Source of the DNA: a virus
Virus record (IMG/VR): IMGVR_UViG_3300020450_000018
Location: 8,177 to 72,176 of that record
DNA length: 64,000 nt
Reading direction: 5' to 3' (one strand)
How positions within the stretch are numbered: the first letter of the stretch is position 1; every line of letters begins with the position of its first letter. Position numbers and translations under genes: made by a program. The notes under the pieces are model-generated. The model saw only the letters and a program-made list of their open reading frames with translations. It did not search any database and was not told the DNA's origin. This document shows positions 9,398 to 20,300 of the stretch, in pieces.

Positions 9398-10427
9398 TAT
9401 GAAAAGTGAACAGGAGTGTATAGAATATTTTGTCTCAAGTTTTTTAGATGAGCAACATGGCAATGATTACTTTATTGCACATTGCATGGGAGTGTATACA
9501 ATTCTCAAACAGATGGGTTCACCATTAGAAATTTGTATAGCTGGATTATATCACTCAGTTTATGGAACAGAACATTTTACACCTGTTACACGTTTAACAG
9601 AACATACTGTTAAAGAATACATTGGAGAGAGATCAGAAGATCTTGTATCTACTTTTTGTTCTTTGACAGATAGAGATACCTCTATACTAAAAAACTTAAA
9701 TAACTATGATGAGAGAAAGAGAAAAGATCTTTTGTATATTAACTATGCAAATTTAGTAGACCAATCTCAATCTCTAGATGATCCTAAATTAAAATTGTTA
9801 CTAACAGAGTATCAAAGTGCACTAGCATCAACATCTCCTGTTTTTAATGATACAAAAAATGTCATTGAAATTTATGATGATTTGATCAGTAGCAGTGATT
9901 TGGATTGGATGCACACGTATTGTTTAAATTCTACCTTTACATGTGGACATGCAAGTAATCCTTTAGGATATGAAAGGGACAGTAGATTTTCTTCTCAAAT
10001 TACAAATAGTGATTTAGAAAGTTCTGGTGTTTTAAGTGTTGTTAAATCAGTGTCAAAACAATTACAACAAAAATTGTATATTGGTAAATGTTATATCAAT
10101 CATTATCAGTTGATGACGTCAACTGGTAGACATACTGATAGTGCCTTACCAAATACTTTTACTATCCTTATTTTTTGTAATAAGTATTGGGAAGAACCTT
10201 GGGGTGGAGAGTTAAAAATTTACAAAGATAAATCAAAAACACATAGTATAATTGATTATATTGCAGGAAGAGTTGTAGTGTTTGATTCTAGAATAGAGCA
10301 TAAGGTAATGCCTCTTACACATGCAGCTAAAAAAGATAGGTTTACAATAGCAGTAAAATGTAGTAATATAGAAGGACTACAACATTTAATTTCAATGTAT
10401 GGAGATGAAATTGTAGATGTACAATAA
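9381..10427 (+). CDS. Fusion protein: N-terminal HD-like (DUF6817-like) domain plus C-terminal 2OG-Fe(II) oxygenase
   Basis: N-terminal H..GVY.IL...AGLYHSVYGTE; C-terminal HTD, WEEPWGGEL, GRVVVFDSRIEH, RFTIA. Confidence 0.8.
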   Translation: MQLLNNMKSEQECIEYFVSSFLDEQHGNDYFIAHCMGVYTILKQMGSPLEICIAGLYHSVYGTEHFTPVTRLTEHTVKEYIGERSEDLVSTFCSLTDRDTSILKNLNNYDERKRKDLLYINYANLVDQSQSLDDPKLKLLLTEYQSALASTSPVFNDTKNVIEIYDDLISSSDLDWMHTYCLNSTFTCGHASNPLGYERDSRFSSQITNSDLESSGVLSVVKSVSKQLQQKLYIGKCYINHYQLMTSTGRHTDSALPNTFTILIFCNKYWEEPWGGELKIYKDKSKTHSIIDYIAGRVVVFDSRIEHKVMPLTHAAKKDRFTIAVKCSNIEGLQHLISMYGDEIVDVQ

Positions 10428-10971
10428 TACATTATTTTCAATCGGTCTCTCTACCTTAGAATTGCAAGGTATGGATAATCAAATACTATGTAATTATGTA
10501 AAAGAAAATATTGGAAGACAAAACAGACATGTGAACAGTGATGATGCAGAGTTATCAAAATTAAATGCAATAGTCTTACAACAAACTCAAAAAATACTTG
10601 ATGGTACAATTTCAAATACCGATGTTAATAATCTAGAAACACAAATAAAACGTGTGTGGGTTAATCAAGATTTGAACACTGATATATCTACAACACATAC
10701 ACATAGAGATAGTTTTTTATCTGCAATATACTATCCAAAATCAACTGATGGTAAAATACATTTTTATATTCCTTCAGCTGATGTATATTTGTCTCATGTA
10801 CCAATTTACAAATGTAAAGAGTATAATGAGTACAATAGCACATTTTGGGAGTTTGATGTAAAGACAGGATATCTCCTCATCTTTAACTCTATGCTTCCAC
10901 ATGCTGCTCTACCCTCAAAAGAGGAAAGAGTATCCATTGTTTATGATATAGTAGTCAATGAAAACAATTAA
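10417..10971 (+). CDS. Putative 2OG-Fe(II) oxygenase (HxH type)
   Basis: WVN, HTH.DSFLSAIYY, LLIFNSMLPH, RVSIVYD. Confidence 0.83.
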   Translation: MYNNTLFSIGLSTLELQGMDNQILCNYVKENIGRQNRHVNSDDAELSKLNAIVLQQTQKILDGTISNTDVNNLETQIKRVWVNQDLNTDISTTHTHRDSFLSAIYYPKSTDGKIHFYIPSADVYLSHVPIYKCKEYNEYNSTFWEFDVKTGYLLIFNSMLPHAALPSKEERVSIVYDIVVNENN

Positions 10972-12418
10972 TTCTATTTGTATCATTGGTGGTGGGACTG
11001 CTGGATGGATGTCTGCTGCTTTTCTTTGCAACAAAAATCCAAAATTAAAAATAACCATTGTTGATAAAGAGATTGGAACTCCAGTCAGTGTAGGTGAAGC
11101 TACTATTTTAAACTTTGGTTTTTTTATGGATCAATGTGGATTTGATTCTGGTGAGTGGTTTAGTTCTTTAGATGCAACATATAAATCTGGAATTTTATTT
11201 CCTGATTGGGTAGAGGAAGGAAAAGATGTTTGGCATCCATTCTTCATGAACCCAACTCTTGATAGTGGAGAGACATCTCACGATGCTTGGTGTAAAAATA
11301 AAGATCTTGATTTTGTAGAGTATGCTCTACCAATGTATTACAACTCTATGGAAAATAAAGTTGATAAGAATGAAATTGGAGCATATGGGTTTCAGATTGA
11401 TTGCGGAAAATTAGTTGAGTATCTAAGAAAAAAACTTGATAATAAAGTAACTTACATACCATCAGAAGCTGTTGAGATGTTTAAGTATAAGAATCATCTG
11501 ATAAAACTTCTACTTAAAAATGATATGGAAATTACATCTGATTTCTTTATTGATTGTAGTGGATGGGAAAGTTTGTTAAAGGAATCTGATAAAGTTGATC
11601 TTACTGGTAGACTTTTCTGTGATACTGCAATTGCTACCAGAGTTCCATACAATGATAGAAAAACAGAAATGAAACCTTATGTTGTTTCTAGATCTGTTGA
11701 TTGTGGTTGGATTTGGGAGATTCCAATAAGAACTAGAATTGGATCAGGTTTAGTTTTTAACAAGTCTATAACTCCTATAGAAGAAGCTAAACAACATCTA
11801 ATCAAACACTGGGACAATAGAATTACAGAAGAAGATTTAAAAGTTCTTAACTGGACTCCATATTATTGTAAAAACATTTGGGAAGATAATGTAGTTTCAA
11901 TTGGATTGTCCGCTGGTTTTATTGAACCATTAGAAAGCACTGGTCTTGCTTTAATGATTGATGGATTAAAAAAACTACAAACAAAAATTGCTGATGGTAC
12001 GTGGAATAATCTAGATAAAGATCTTTATAATTTAGAAATGCAATCTGCATTTGAAGACTGTATTGATTTTGTTAGCATGCATTATTCTAAACCCTATAAG
12101 GATACTCCTTTCTGGAACCATGTAAGAGAGAATTATATCCCATCAGAAAGAATTAAATCTGTAGAAAATACACTATCCAAAAAATTATTGTATACTAATA
12201 ACAGAAAAGAACATCACGTTTTCTCTGGTGCTAACTGGACAACGTGGATGATTCAAATGGGATATGATGTCAATTCAGATTCTACCTATATCAAAGAGAT
12301 ATCAAGAAAAAATTTACTTCGTTATCATGAAAGAATTGAAAAGTATAGATCCTCATGGTCTGTGGATCATGAAAGTGATATAAGTAGAGTAGAATTATTT
12401 TATGAGTTAGGAAAATGA
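10958..12418 (+). CDS. Flavin-dependent (tryptophan-halogenase family) halogenase
   Basis: IIGGGTAGW (GxGxxG), VGEAT, ATYKSGI (catalytic Lys position), FIDCSG, GWIWEIP (WxWxIP), FIEPLESTG. Confidence 0.93.
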   Translation: MKTINSICIIGGGTAGWMSAAFLCNKNPKLKITIVDKEIGTPVSVGEATILNFGFFMDQCGFDSGEWFSSLDATYKSGILFPDWVEEGKDVWHPFFMNPTLDSGETSHDAWCKNKDLDFVEYALPMYYNSMENKVDKNEIGAYGFQIDCGKLVEYLRKKLDNKVTYIPSEAVEMFKYKNHLIKLLLKNDMEITSDFFIDCSGWESLLKESDKVDLTGRLFCDTAIATRVPYNDRKTEMKPYVVSRSVDCGWIWEIPIRTRIGSGLVFNKSITPIEEAKQHLIKHWDNRITEEDLKVLNWTPYYCKNIWEDNVVSIGLSAGFIEPLESTGLALMIDGLKKLQTKIADGTWNNLDKDLYNLEMQSAFEDCIDFVSMHYSKPYKDTPFWNHVRENYIPSERIKSVENTLSKKLLYTNNRKEHHVFSGANWTTWMIQMGYDVNSDSTYIKEISRKNLLRYHERIEKYRSSWSVDHESDISRVELFYELGK

Positions 12419-12990
12419 TTGAGAGCTGGTTTCCAAGAACTATATTTGTAAAGAATAATATTCTTTTAGATAAACTTGAATACTATGAAAACTTTGTTGA
12501 CCATATTGTAAATCAAGAGGGTTCAGAAAGAAATGGAATTCATTTTGTACAATCTACTCACAAATATTTTGATAGATTTCATGAGACTTCCCAGATGCAA
12601 GATCTAGTAAGAGAAATTAATACTAGTTCTCATGAATATCTAAGAGCACTAGGATATAATGATACCACAATAGCATCAACAAAAATTGCAAATATGTGGG
12701 CAAACGTTAGTGGTAAAGGAGATTACCTCACTCCACACATACATGGTGAAAGTTTGCTTTCTGGTGCGTTTTATGTTTGTTCTGGTGAAGATGACAAACT
12801 TAGATTTTTTAATAACATAACAGAAAGTTTTTTAAAAGCACCAGACAATCCAAACCAATACAGTTATCAGTATTGTGAATATCCTTGTACGCCAGGAAGA
12901 TTATTAATATTTAAAAGTAGTTTTATGCATGGAACAGAGGCACAGAAATCAGATAAGAAAATTGTAATTTCTTTTAATATAACTACATAA
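12415..12990 (+). CDS. Putative 2OG-Fe(II) oxygenase (TIGR02466-like)
   Basis: MWAN, PHIHGESLLSGAFYV, PGRLLIFKSSFMHG, ISFN. Confidence 0.88.
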   Translation: MIESWFPRTIFVKNNILLDKLEYYENFVDHIVNQEGSERNGIHFVQSTHKYFDRFHETSQMQDLVREINTSSHEYLRALGYNDTTIASTKIANMWANVSGKGDYLTPHIHGESLLSGAFYVCSGEDDKLRFFNNITESFLKAPDNPNQYSYQYCEYPCTPGRLLIFKSSFMHGTEAQKSDKKIVISFNITT

Positions 12991-13261
12991 CTTCTTTAAC
13001 TCTATCTTTGCTCTGCGCCCATCTTTCACGCATTTCTTTAGTAAAATACTCAAGACAAACTGTTTTTACCTCTGGTGTTAACCACCAATTTTCTTCAGTT
13101 GCCTCTCCAGATATATCATCATCTGGAGTAATTAATCTTGTGTGATGTCCAATAAAAACTTCAACGCTTCCTACAACGCTAAAATCTTTTTTTCTTACTA
13201 ATACAGTTCCGTCACCATTGAGTTCAATGTGATCAACTTTACTTTGTTCTGTAATTGCCAT
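12983..13261 (-). CDS. Putative tail-fibre assembly chaperone
   Basis: MAITEQSKVDHIE..DG.V.VR...P.DDISGE pattern typical of small proteins following marine phage fibre genes; position. Confidence 0.55.
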   Translation of the reverse strand: MAITEQSKVDHIELNGDGTVLVRKKDFSVVGSVEVFIGHHTRLITPDDDISGEATEENWWLTPEVKTVCLEYFTKEMRERWAQSKDRVKEVM

Positions 13262-13279
13262 GTTTTATATCTCCTGCTA

Positions 13280-14269
13280 TTAAGTATATTTAATAACAAT
13301 TGTACCAGATCCACCAGAACCACCGTTACCAGAACCGTAGTCCCATCCAGCACCACCGCCTCCGCCAACACCAGATCCGCCAGGTTGACCTTGAGATCCT
13401 TGACAACCACCGCCACCACCTGAGCCAGGTGCAGGACCAGGATTTGCATACTGTGCTTGACCTCTTCCGCCACCACCAACAGAAAGTGGAGCACCTGCAA
13501 AGTCGGTTGTGATACCAGCACCACCAGTGTTTTGACCAAAGGAAGCACCACCAGCAGCACCAACTCCGCCACCTCCACCAAAGTTTCCTGGTTCGCCAGG
13601 ATTACCAGATCCATTAGAAGCAGAGAAACCAGGTGCCTGAGGTTGTGTTGAATTACCTGCAGGAAAAGATCCAGAAGGATATATAGCTCCTCCTCCTCCA
13701 CATCCACCAGGTCTTCCAGTACCCTGTCTACCAGGATGAGAAGATCCACCGCCACCGCCACCATAAGCGACTAGAGTTCCGAAAGTTGTATTTCCACCTT
13801 GATATCCATAACCACCATTTGTGCCAGGTGAAGAACCACCTTGTCCAACACCATAAGAGACAGACTGGCCAGGAGTTACAGGGAAACTATTGACTTGAAC
13901 CATGGCACCGCCACCGCCACCGCCTCCAGTTCCTGATCCACCAGAACCACCGCCACCTACGAGTAATACATCAACAGAGGTAATACCATCGGGGACACTC
14001 CAAGTTCCAGATTGTGCTGTCAAAGTTACCTGAGATGGTTCAGCGTCAACCTGCTTCCATCCAGTTACTCCTGTATAAAATTCTAATTTATAGTTTGAGG
14101 TGTTAACACGAATAGATCCTTCTGTTGGAGATCCAGGTCTATTTGATGTTGACCCTGAGGGGACAACAACCTGAGAGGCACCACTTAAATTGATACCAAC
14201 ACCAGGAGCGAAGTTAATATCGCCACTTCCTGGAACGGTACTCAATTCATTTACTTTTAACGTACTCAT
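13280..14269 (-). CDS. Glycine/proline-rich tail fibre tip or adhesin-like protein
   Basis: N-terminal VPSG...RP..G.IR.NT fibre motif; VDVLLVGGGG...GGSGGSGTIVIKY glycine-rich domain; own late promoter TATAAATA at 14302-14309. Confidence 0.7.
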   Translation of the reverse strand: MSTLKVNELSTVPGSGDINFAPGVGINLSGASQVVVPSGSTSNRPGSPTEGSIRVNTSNYKLEFYTGVTGWKQVDAEPSQVTLTAQSGTWSVPDGITSVDVLLVGGGGSGGSGTGGGGGGGAMVQVNSFPVTPGQSVSYGVGQGGSSPGTNGGYGYQGGNTTFGTLVAYGGGGGGSSHPGRQGTGRPGGCGGGGAIYPSGSFPAGNSTQPQAPGFSASNGSGNPGEPGNFGGGGGVGAAGGASFGQNTGGAGITTDFAGAPLSVGGGGRGQAQYANPGPAPGSGGGGGCQGSQGQPGGSGVGGGGGAGWDYGSGNGGSGGSGTIVIKYT

Positions 14270-14301
14270 GAGTTAAACTTCTAAAGTCCTTTTGCTTTTT
14301 C

Positions 14302-14309
14302 TATTTATA
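14302..14309 (-). promoter_or_regulatory. T4-type late promoter
   Basis: TATAAATA 33 nt upstream of the Gly-rich gene start. Confidence 0.75.
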
Positions 14310-17300
14310 CTACCTAACTGTCCAACTAGCACCAGTTCCAATGGTTACTACATGACCACCACCTGCAACAATGGTTATAGGACCGTTTGAGGTAGCGATA
14401 GAACCATTGGGAATAGTGACAGATTCAGCGATATCAGTGTTTGTTCCTCTGATAATTCCATAAGAGTCAAACCACTGAGCAGTGCCATTAACTCTCATAA
14501 CTCCAGTCATGTTCAAGTCACCTGATACATCTAATGTATATGCTGGACTTGGAACATTACCAATACCAACTTTAGAGTCTCTATAGATGTTAGCACCAGA
14601 ATCATTTGCAGATTCTGTCCATCTAGAAGTAACAAACTCCTCATTATTCTGGAAGAACTGACCGTTAAGGTTCATATCACCTTCAACGTTCAAGATGTAA
14701 TCTCTTTGTGTATTGGGAGTTGTACTGGTATCAGTGCCAGAGAAACTGTTAGTATTAATACCAACTCTATTGTTAGCACCTTGAATAGCAAGTGCTGGTG
14801 CACCAGCAGGAGTTGCTAGACTCTTCCAGTTATCACTACCGTTTGTTTGTGATGCATAGATCTCAAAGAGATCAGGACCTCCACCAATATTAGTTCCTAA
14901 ACGGAATCCTCTACCACCACCAGCACCAGATCCACCACCCCTTAGTTGGATGTCTGCTTCTTGGTTTGCAGTTCCTTTCGCAATTCTTACACTATTAAGT
15001 GCGTGTGTGATATCACTGTAAATGTTCTGCCATCTTGTACCATCAGCACCAAGATCTTGGTCACTATCAGCACCAGCTAGAATATTACCACTACTATCAA
15101 ATAGAATCTTGTAGTTTAAAGGATCGTTTATTCCATCACTATATACAAATCCAAGGTTACCTTGTCCTGCCCAAGAAGATGAACCTCCATTGTAAATATT
15201 CCAATATTGTCCATTAGCATTCTTAAGTGCTATTGCAGCACCTGTAGTACTATTATCCTCTAATCTTAGTAGACCTGAACCAACTACATTAGATTCCCAT
15301 CCATCTCCCTTAATATGGAGTTTTGTCTGTGGATCTGCATTACCAATTGCAACACGATTATCAGTAGAATCAACATATAATGTGTTTGTATCTACTGTTA
15401 GATCACCTCCAACAGTTGTGTTTGATCCAACAGATAAAGTACCAGTGCTCTGAATACTAATTCCTGCTCCACCTGTTAAGGTAAGTGTACCAGTCATGGT
15501 ATCACCAGACTTCAATACGTTAAGTGAAGCAGCACCTGTTAGTGATGCTGTAATTGTACCAGCAGAGAAGTTACCAGATGTGTCGCGTTGTACAGCAGAT
15601 TTAAGTGACCCTGTAGAAACTACGTTTGCAGAGTTAAATGCAACATTACCTGCGTTCCAAATAATATTGTTATTAACCTTAAGTTCGTTTTCATTAACAA
15701 CTTTAAATTCTAAAGTACCAGATCCCTCTGTTGCATTACCACCATCAGCAATGATGGCAGAGTTGTAACTAGGATTTCCATTAGTGTCTACAGCTTGTGC
15801 TTGTGATGAATTAAAATAGATGTATGGATTTGTTGCACCATTACCATCATATCTACCAAGTCTTAGGAAACCAGTTCCAGAATTATTACCTAACTCTGCA
15901 TATTGAATTGTGTTAGCATCGTAAATCTCCCATTGTTCAAACTCTCTTTCATCACCAGCAACACCAAGGAATATAGCAGCAGTAATATTTCCACCAGAAG
16001 CAAGTCTTCCGATTAAAATTGTGTATGTATTAGAAGAATCATTTTGATCTACAATTTGGTCAGTTGCAGTAATAGTAAAATCACCAACACTAATTTTATT
16101 AACATCAAAGAGGTCAATTGTATTGGTAGTCTCAAAGTCACCGCCAGGTGAAATGTCTAAATTTTGTCTTACTAAAATTCTATAGAAAACATCCGTTCCA
16201 CCATATGATGAAACTTCAATTTTATCTCTAAACTTAGTAGAACTTCTCCATACTGGAAGTCTAGTATCAAATATCTCATTAAGTTTAATATTTCTAGCAT
16301 CTTGATACCATACACCTTGTTTGTTATCAAGTTTGTCAGCGTCTAAGCCTGAGTCTATACCTTGGTTTCCTGAGTTCCACACCTCATACCATGAACCATA
16401 TGATGTTACAGCATCACCAGAACCACGGAAGTATATTCTATCATCATTAGCAAAAGCAAGTTGTCTTACACCACCAAATGTAGCATCTCCACCAGTTTCT
16501 CCATTACGGAGAGTCATTACTAAATGTTTGGCAGAGTTAGAGTTTCCAGTGTCTACACTTGGGAATGCAGATAACAAACCATTAGAGCTATTGAATAAAG
16601 TCTGTAATGTTATACCTTGTACAGCATCACTAGGACCAGGATTAGCATTAGCATTACTGGTACCAGTATCTAAACGAAGTGTGTTAGTAGATCTACCACT
16701 AATGTCAATACTGTATACTCCACTAGCAAGTTTGTCTGGAACAATACTACTGTCAACAAAGAATGCACCGTTAAGGTAGTAAGAACCTTGTTGACCATCT
16801 AACAAGTCAGCATCAAGTCCACTGTCAGGACCCATCTTAATAGAGACAGATCCATTTCCTTCATCACCAATATTAAATTGAGATTTCTTATATCTAGAAA
16901 CACCAATAGTTCCAAATAGATCCTGAGAAATTGTTAGATCAGAAACTCTCTGAACATCTAATGCAATGTTAGCAAATTGTTTCTGAGTGGTAGCTACTTT
17001 TGCAAGTAGTACTAAGTTAGAACCAGATCCAATAATAGTTGGATTTGGAGTGACTTGGAAGTCTGCAGTATATCCACTACCTGCGTTTGTTACTGTACAT
17101 GTAGTAACTACACCACTTTGACCATTTTCACCAACAATAATATTTGCTCTAAGATCAACACCATTGTTTCCTGCTGGTGCATCTAGTGAGACGTCAAAGT
17201 ATTGTCCATCTGTAAATCCTGTACCACCGTTTGCAATAACAATAGAATCAATAAAGTCACCACCAGTGTTTGTGGAGTCAAAGATAAGTGGAGATGCACC

Positions 17301-20300
17301 ACGATTAAATTCAATAACTGTTCCTAAAGGAATAGTTGCAGTAATTGGATTGTTAAAGGAGACAGTTGTTAATCCACCAACTACAGTAACTCCATTAACT
17401 GTTGTATCTGCAGCAATTCCAGCAATTGAAGCTACGATGTCATGACCCTTAAGAACATCTGATAGTCCTTGGAAGATAAATGAACTTGAACCTGTAGATG
17501 CTTGAGCAGCAAGTCTTGCAAAGTATCTTGTTTCTGCACCTTTCAGTGATTGAACAACCTTTGCATATCTTGAGTCACCTCTTAAGAAGGTAAAGGAGTT
17601 TGCAGCTTCAGAACCTAGTAAGGTTGTAGAAATAACGCCAGGACCTGTAAGAGATGAGACACCAACAGAGTCACTACTTAATGATACCCAGTTACTTGCA
17701 GTAAATCCAGATGTATTAACTACTCTGGTAATATTAATTGTATTTGCACTTGGAGAAGAACTATCATCAAAGGTATCAGTATCAAGCATCTTGATATTGT
17801 TGACGATGTTACCATACAATCTACTTTCAATTAATGCATTTGCGGTTGCTTGTGTACCAGCGCCAGGTGGTGCTTGAATTGTAATTGTTGGTTGTGTTGT
17901 ATATCCTAAACCACCAATGTAACTAGCATTTTCGTTAATTGTAATAGTAACAACTTCACCATTTGCAATCGTAGCGGTTGCAGTAGCTGCAACAGAACCT
18001 GAGGATGGGTTACCACCAGAGATGGTTACTGTTGGTGCAACAGTGTATCCAGAACCACCATCAGTAATATTGATTTTAAATAATACACCTTGTCTATATT
18101 CAGTAGACTGAATTCTACCTGTAGATGGAGTACCAGTAAATACATCACCGATATTGAATGAGAGGGTAGAATCTACAGCAAATCCTAAGAATAAACTTGT
18201 TAGGTCATTGTTTAGAATGAAGGAAGTTTGTGTATCCTGTTGAATTGCGATGTCACCAGCAAGTGCTCCCTCTAGTGCTAGTCTAGCTGCTTCATCAGCA
18301 ACTGTAAATACACTGAAAGGTCTTAGTGCTGGAATTTGATCAAGAGAGATTTTACCAGAATCAGTAAGTTCAACCAGTGCTCTAGGAACAGCGTTAGTAG
18401 AGAAAGGTTTGTTGATGTAAGGACCTAAGTTGTTAGTAATATAATCCTTAACTGCCTTCTGAGTTGGTAGTTTGGAGTCACTAGCATTAGCACCACCAAG
18501 AGTGTTACTATTATCAAATCCAGTAACAACAACGTCACCACCTTTTAGTTTCAAGAACTCAACTTCAGAAATTGTAACTGTACCAGTAAAGGTAATGTTA
18601 CCAGTTCTGTTCTCAATTCTAGCAAAAGTACCAACCTTGAAGTCTCCAAGTTCGTCAGTACCAGAAACATATACACGACCATAATTTTCAGAAACCTGTT
18701 CAAATGCCTCTACTTTTGTACCACCGTTCTCAGGTAGTGCAAGGTAGTTTGTACCTGATCCTGCAAATTCCCAAGTATGTGATGAGGAGTTAACGATAGA
18801 TGGTCTATGTAACTTAATGGTTGCATTAGATGCACCAGAAGGTGTCAATGCAGCTTGTAATGCAGCAAGACCAGCAATAGTGTTTCCAGTTGCTTCCTCA
18901 ATTAGAGTTAATCCATTACCAATACCATCATCAATTGTAAGAGTTGCAGAGAAAGGAGGTCCTACAGTGACAGAAGAAACAGAATCAATGAAGAATTCTT
19001 TTTCTGGATCTGCATTTCTATATCCATCAAATTTAACGATGTAATGTTCAAGTGGTTCTCTACCAATGCCACCAATAGTAAGAGTAGTTCTACCAGTTGG
19101 AGTTTGTGAAACTACATTAACTGTACCAACGTCAAATGTATAGCACTCTCTTCTAAATCCTGTTCCTCTTAATGCAAATGTACCGAAGTTGGTAGCAGAG
19201 TTAGTAATAGATGCATAACCACCAGATTCACAGAGAACACCATCTTGACAGAAGATAACGAACACAGAAACTAACTGCGTATATCCATCCTCTATAACTT
19301 TATATCCTGTACCACCAAACGACACAATCGTGAACGCAGCAGCAACCATTGATTTACCCTGATTAGGGAATGATGCAGTTCCATCTGGTTCAAGACCAGG
19401 AAATGGACAGTTAGGTTGTTTAACTTTAGATCCATCAACCAGTGCACCACCACCACCTCTAAAGGAGATAACAGATGCGTTTTGTGTATATGGAGATGCC
19501 TCAATGATTGGGAAATCATCAAATATACTACGAATCGCCATACGTTGACCAGAAGTATCATTGATGAAACTATCTGGATATGTAATGATATCAACAGTAT
19601 TGTATAATGTTCCAAAAGTTTGAGTGGTGGAACCAGCTGCAGTTGTTCCATCTATAATATCTTCAAATAATTCTAATGCTGTATCAATACTAGATTCTAC
19701 ACCTGCACAAATAGCATTGTTTGCAGCACTTGTAGAGGAATAAGCACTTACAGCATCAGCAGTAGCACTTACAAATGCATGAGTTGACTGTGGAAGATGT
19801 GAAACTGCATTAGAAGTTGCAAACTGGAATTGATGTGTATATTGATCACTCTGAGAGGATGCACCTACATTGACAGTAATTGAGGTAGCAGTTTTTCCTG
19901 TGATTGGAATAGACTTACCAGATATAGGATCAGTTGATCTTGGATATGTATGATTAGTAGCAAAATTATCTTGAGAACATCTAAAGGTTAGAGAGTCGTC
20001 AGCAATAACAACACCTTCACCAACATCTAGAGTATGAGTACCAATCTCCAGTGTCATTATCCCCGTTGCAGGATCGTAAGTTGCAGCAGTTGGTGTAAAC
20101 TGTACGTTAGGACCTGAAGTACCAACATTAACAGTTACTGTATTTGTTGTTGTAGCAGTAATTACAAGATTATTTGCATATGCAGGTTGACCATCTTTTG
20201 GATACTTATGCTCTGTAGCATCGTTATCCATATCACAGGTAAATGTTAGTGATTCTGGTTGGAAACGAACTGAGTTGGATGTTGTTAAATTATGTGCAGA

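Noticed and set aside
13198-13764. 188-aa Val/Leu-rich alternative-frame ORF
   Set aside because: Frame-shifted reading of the GGT/GGA-rich glycine codons of the 329-aa gene
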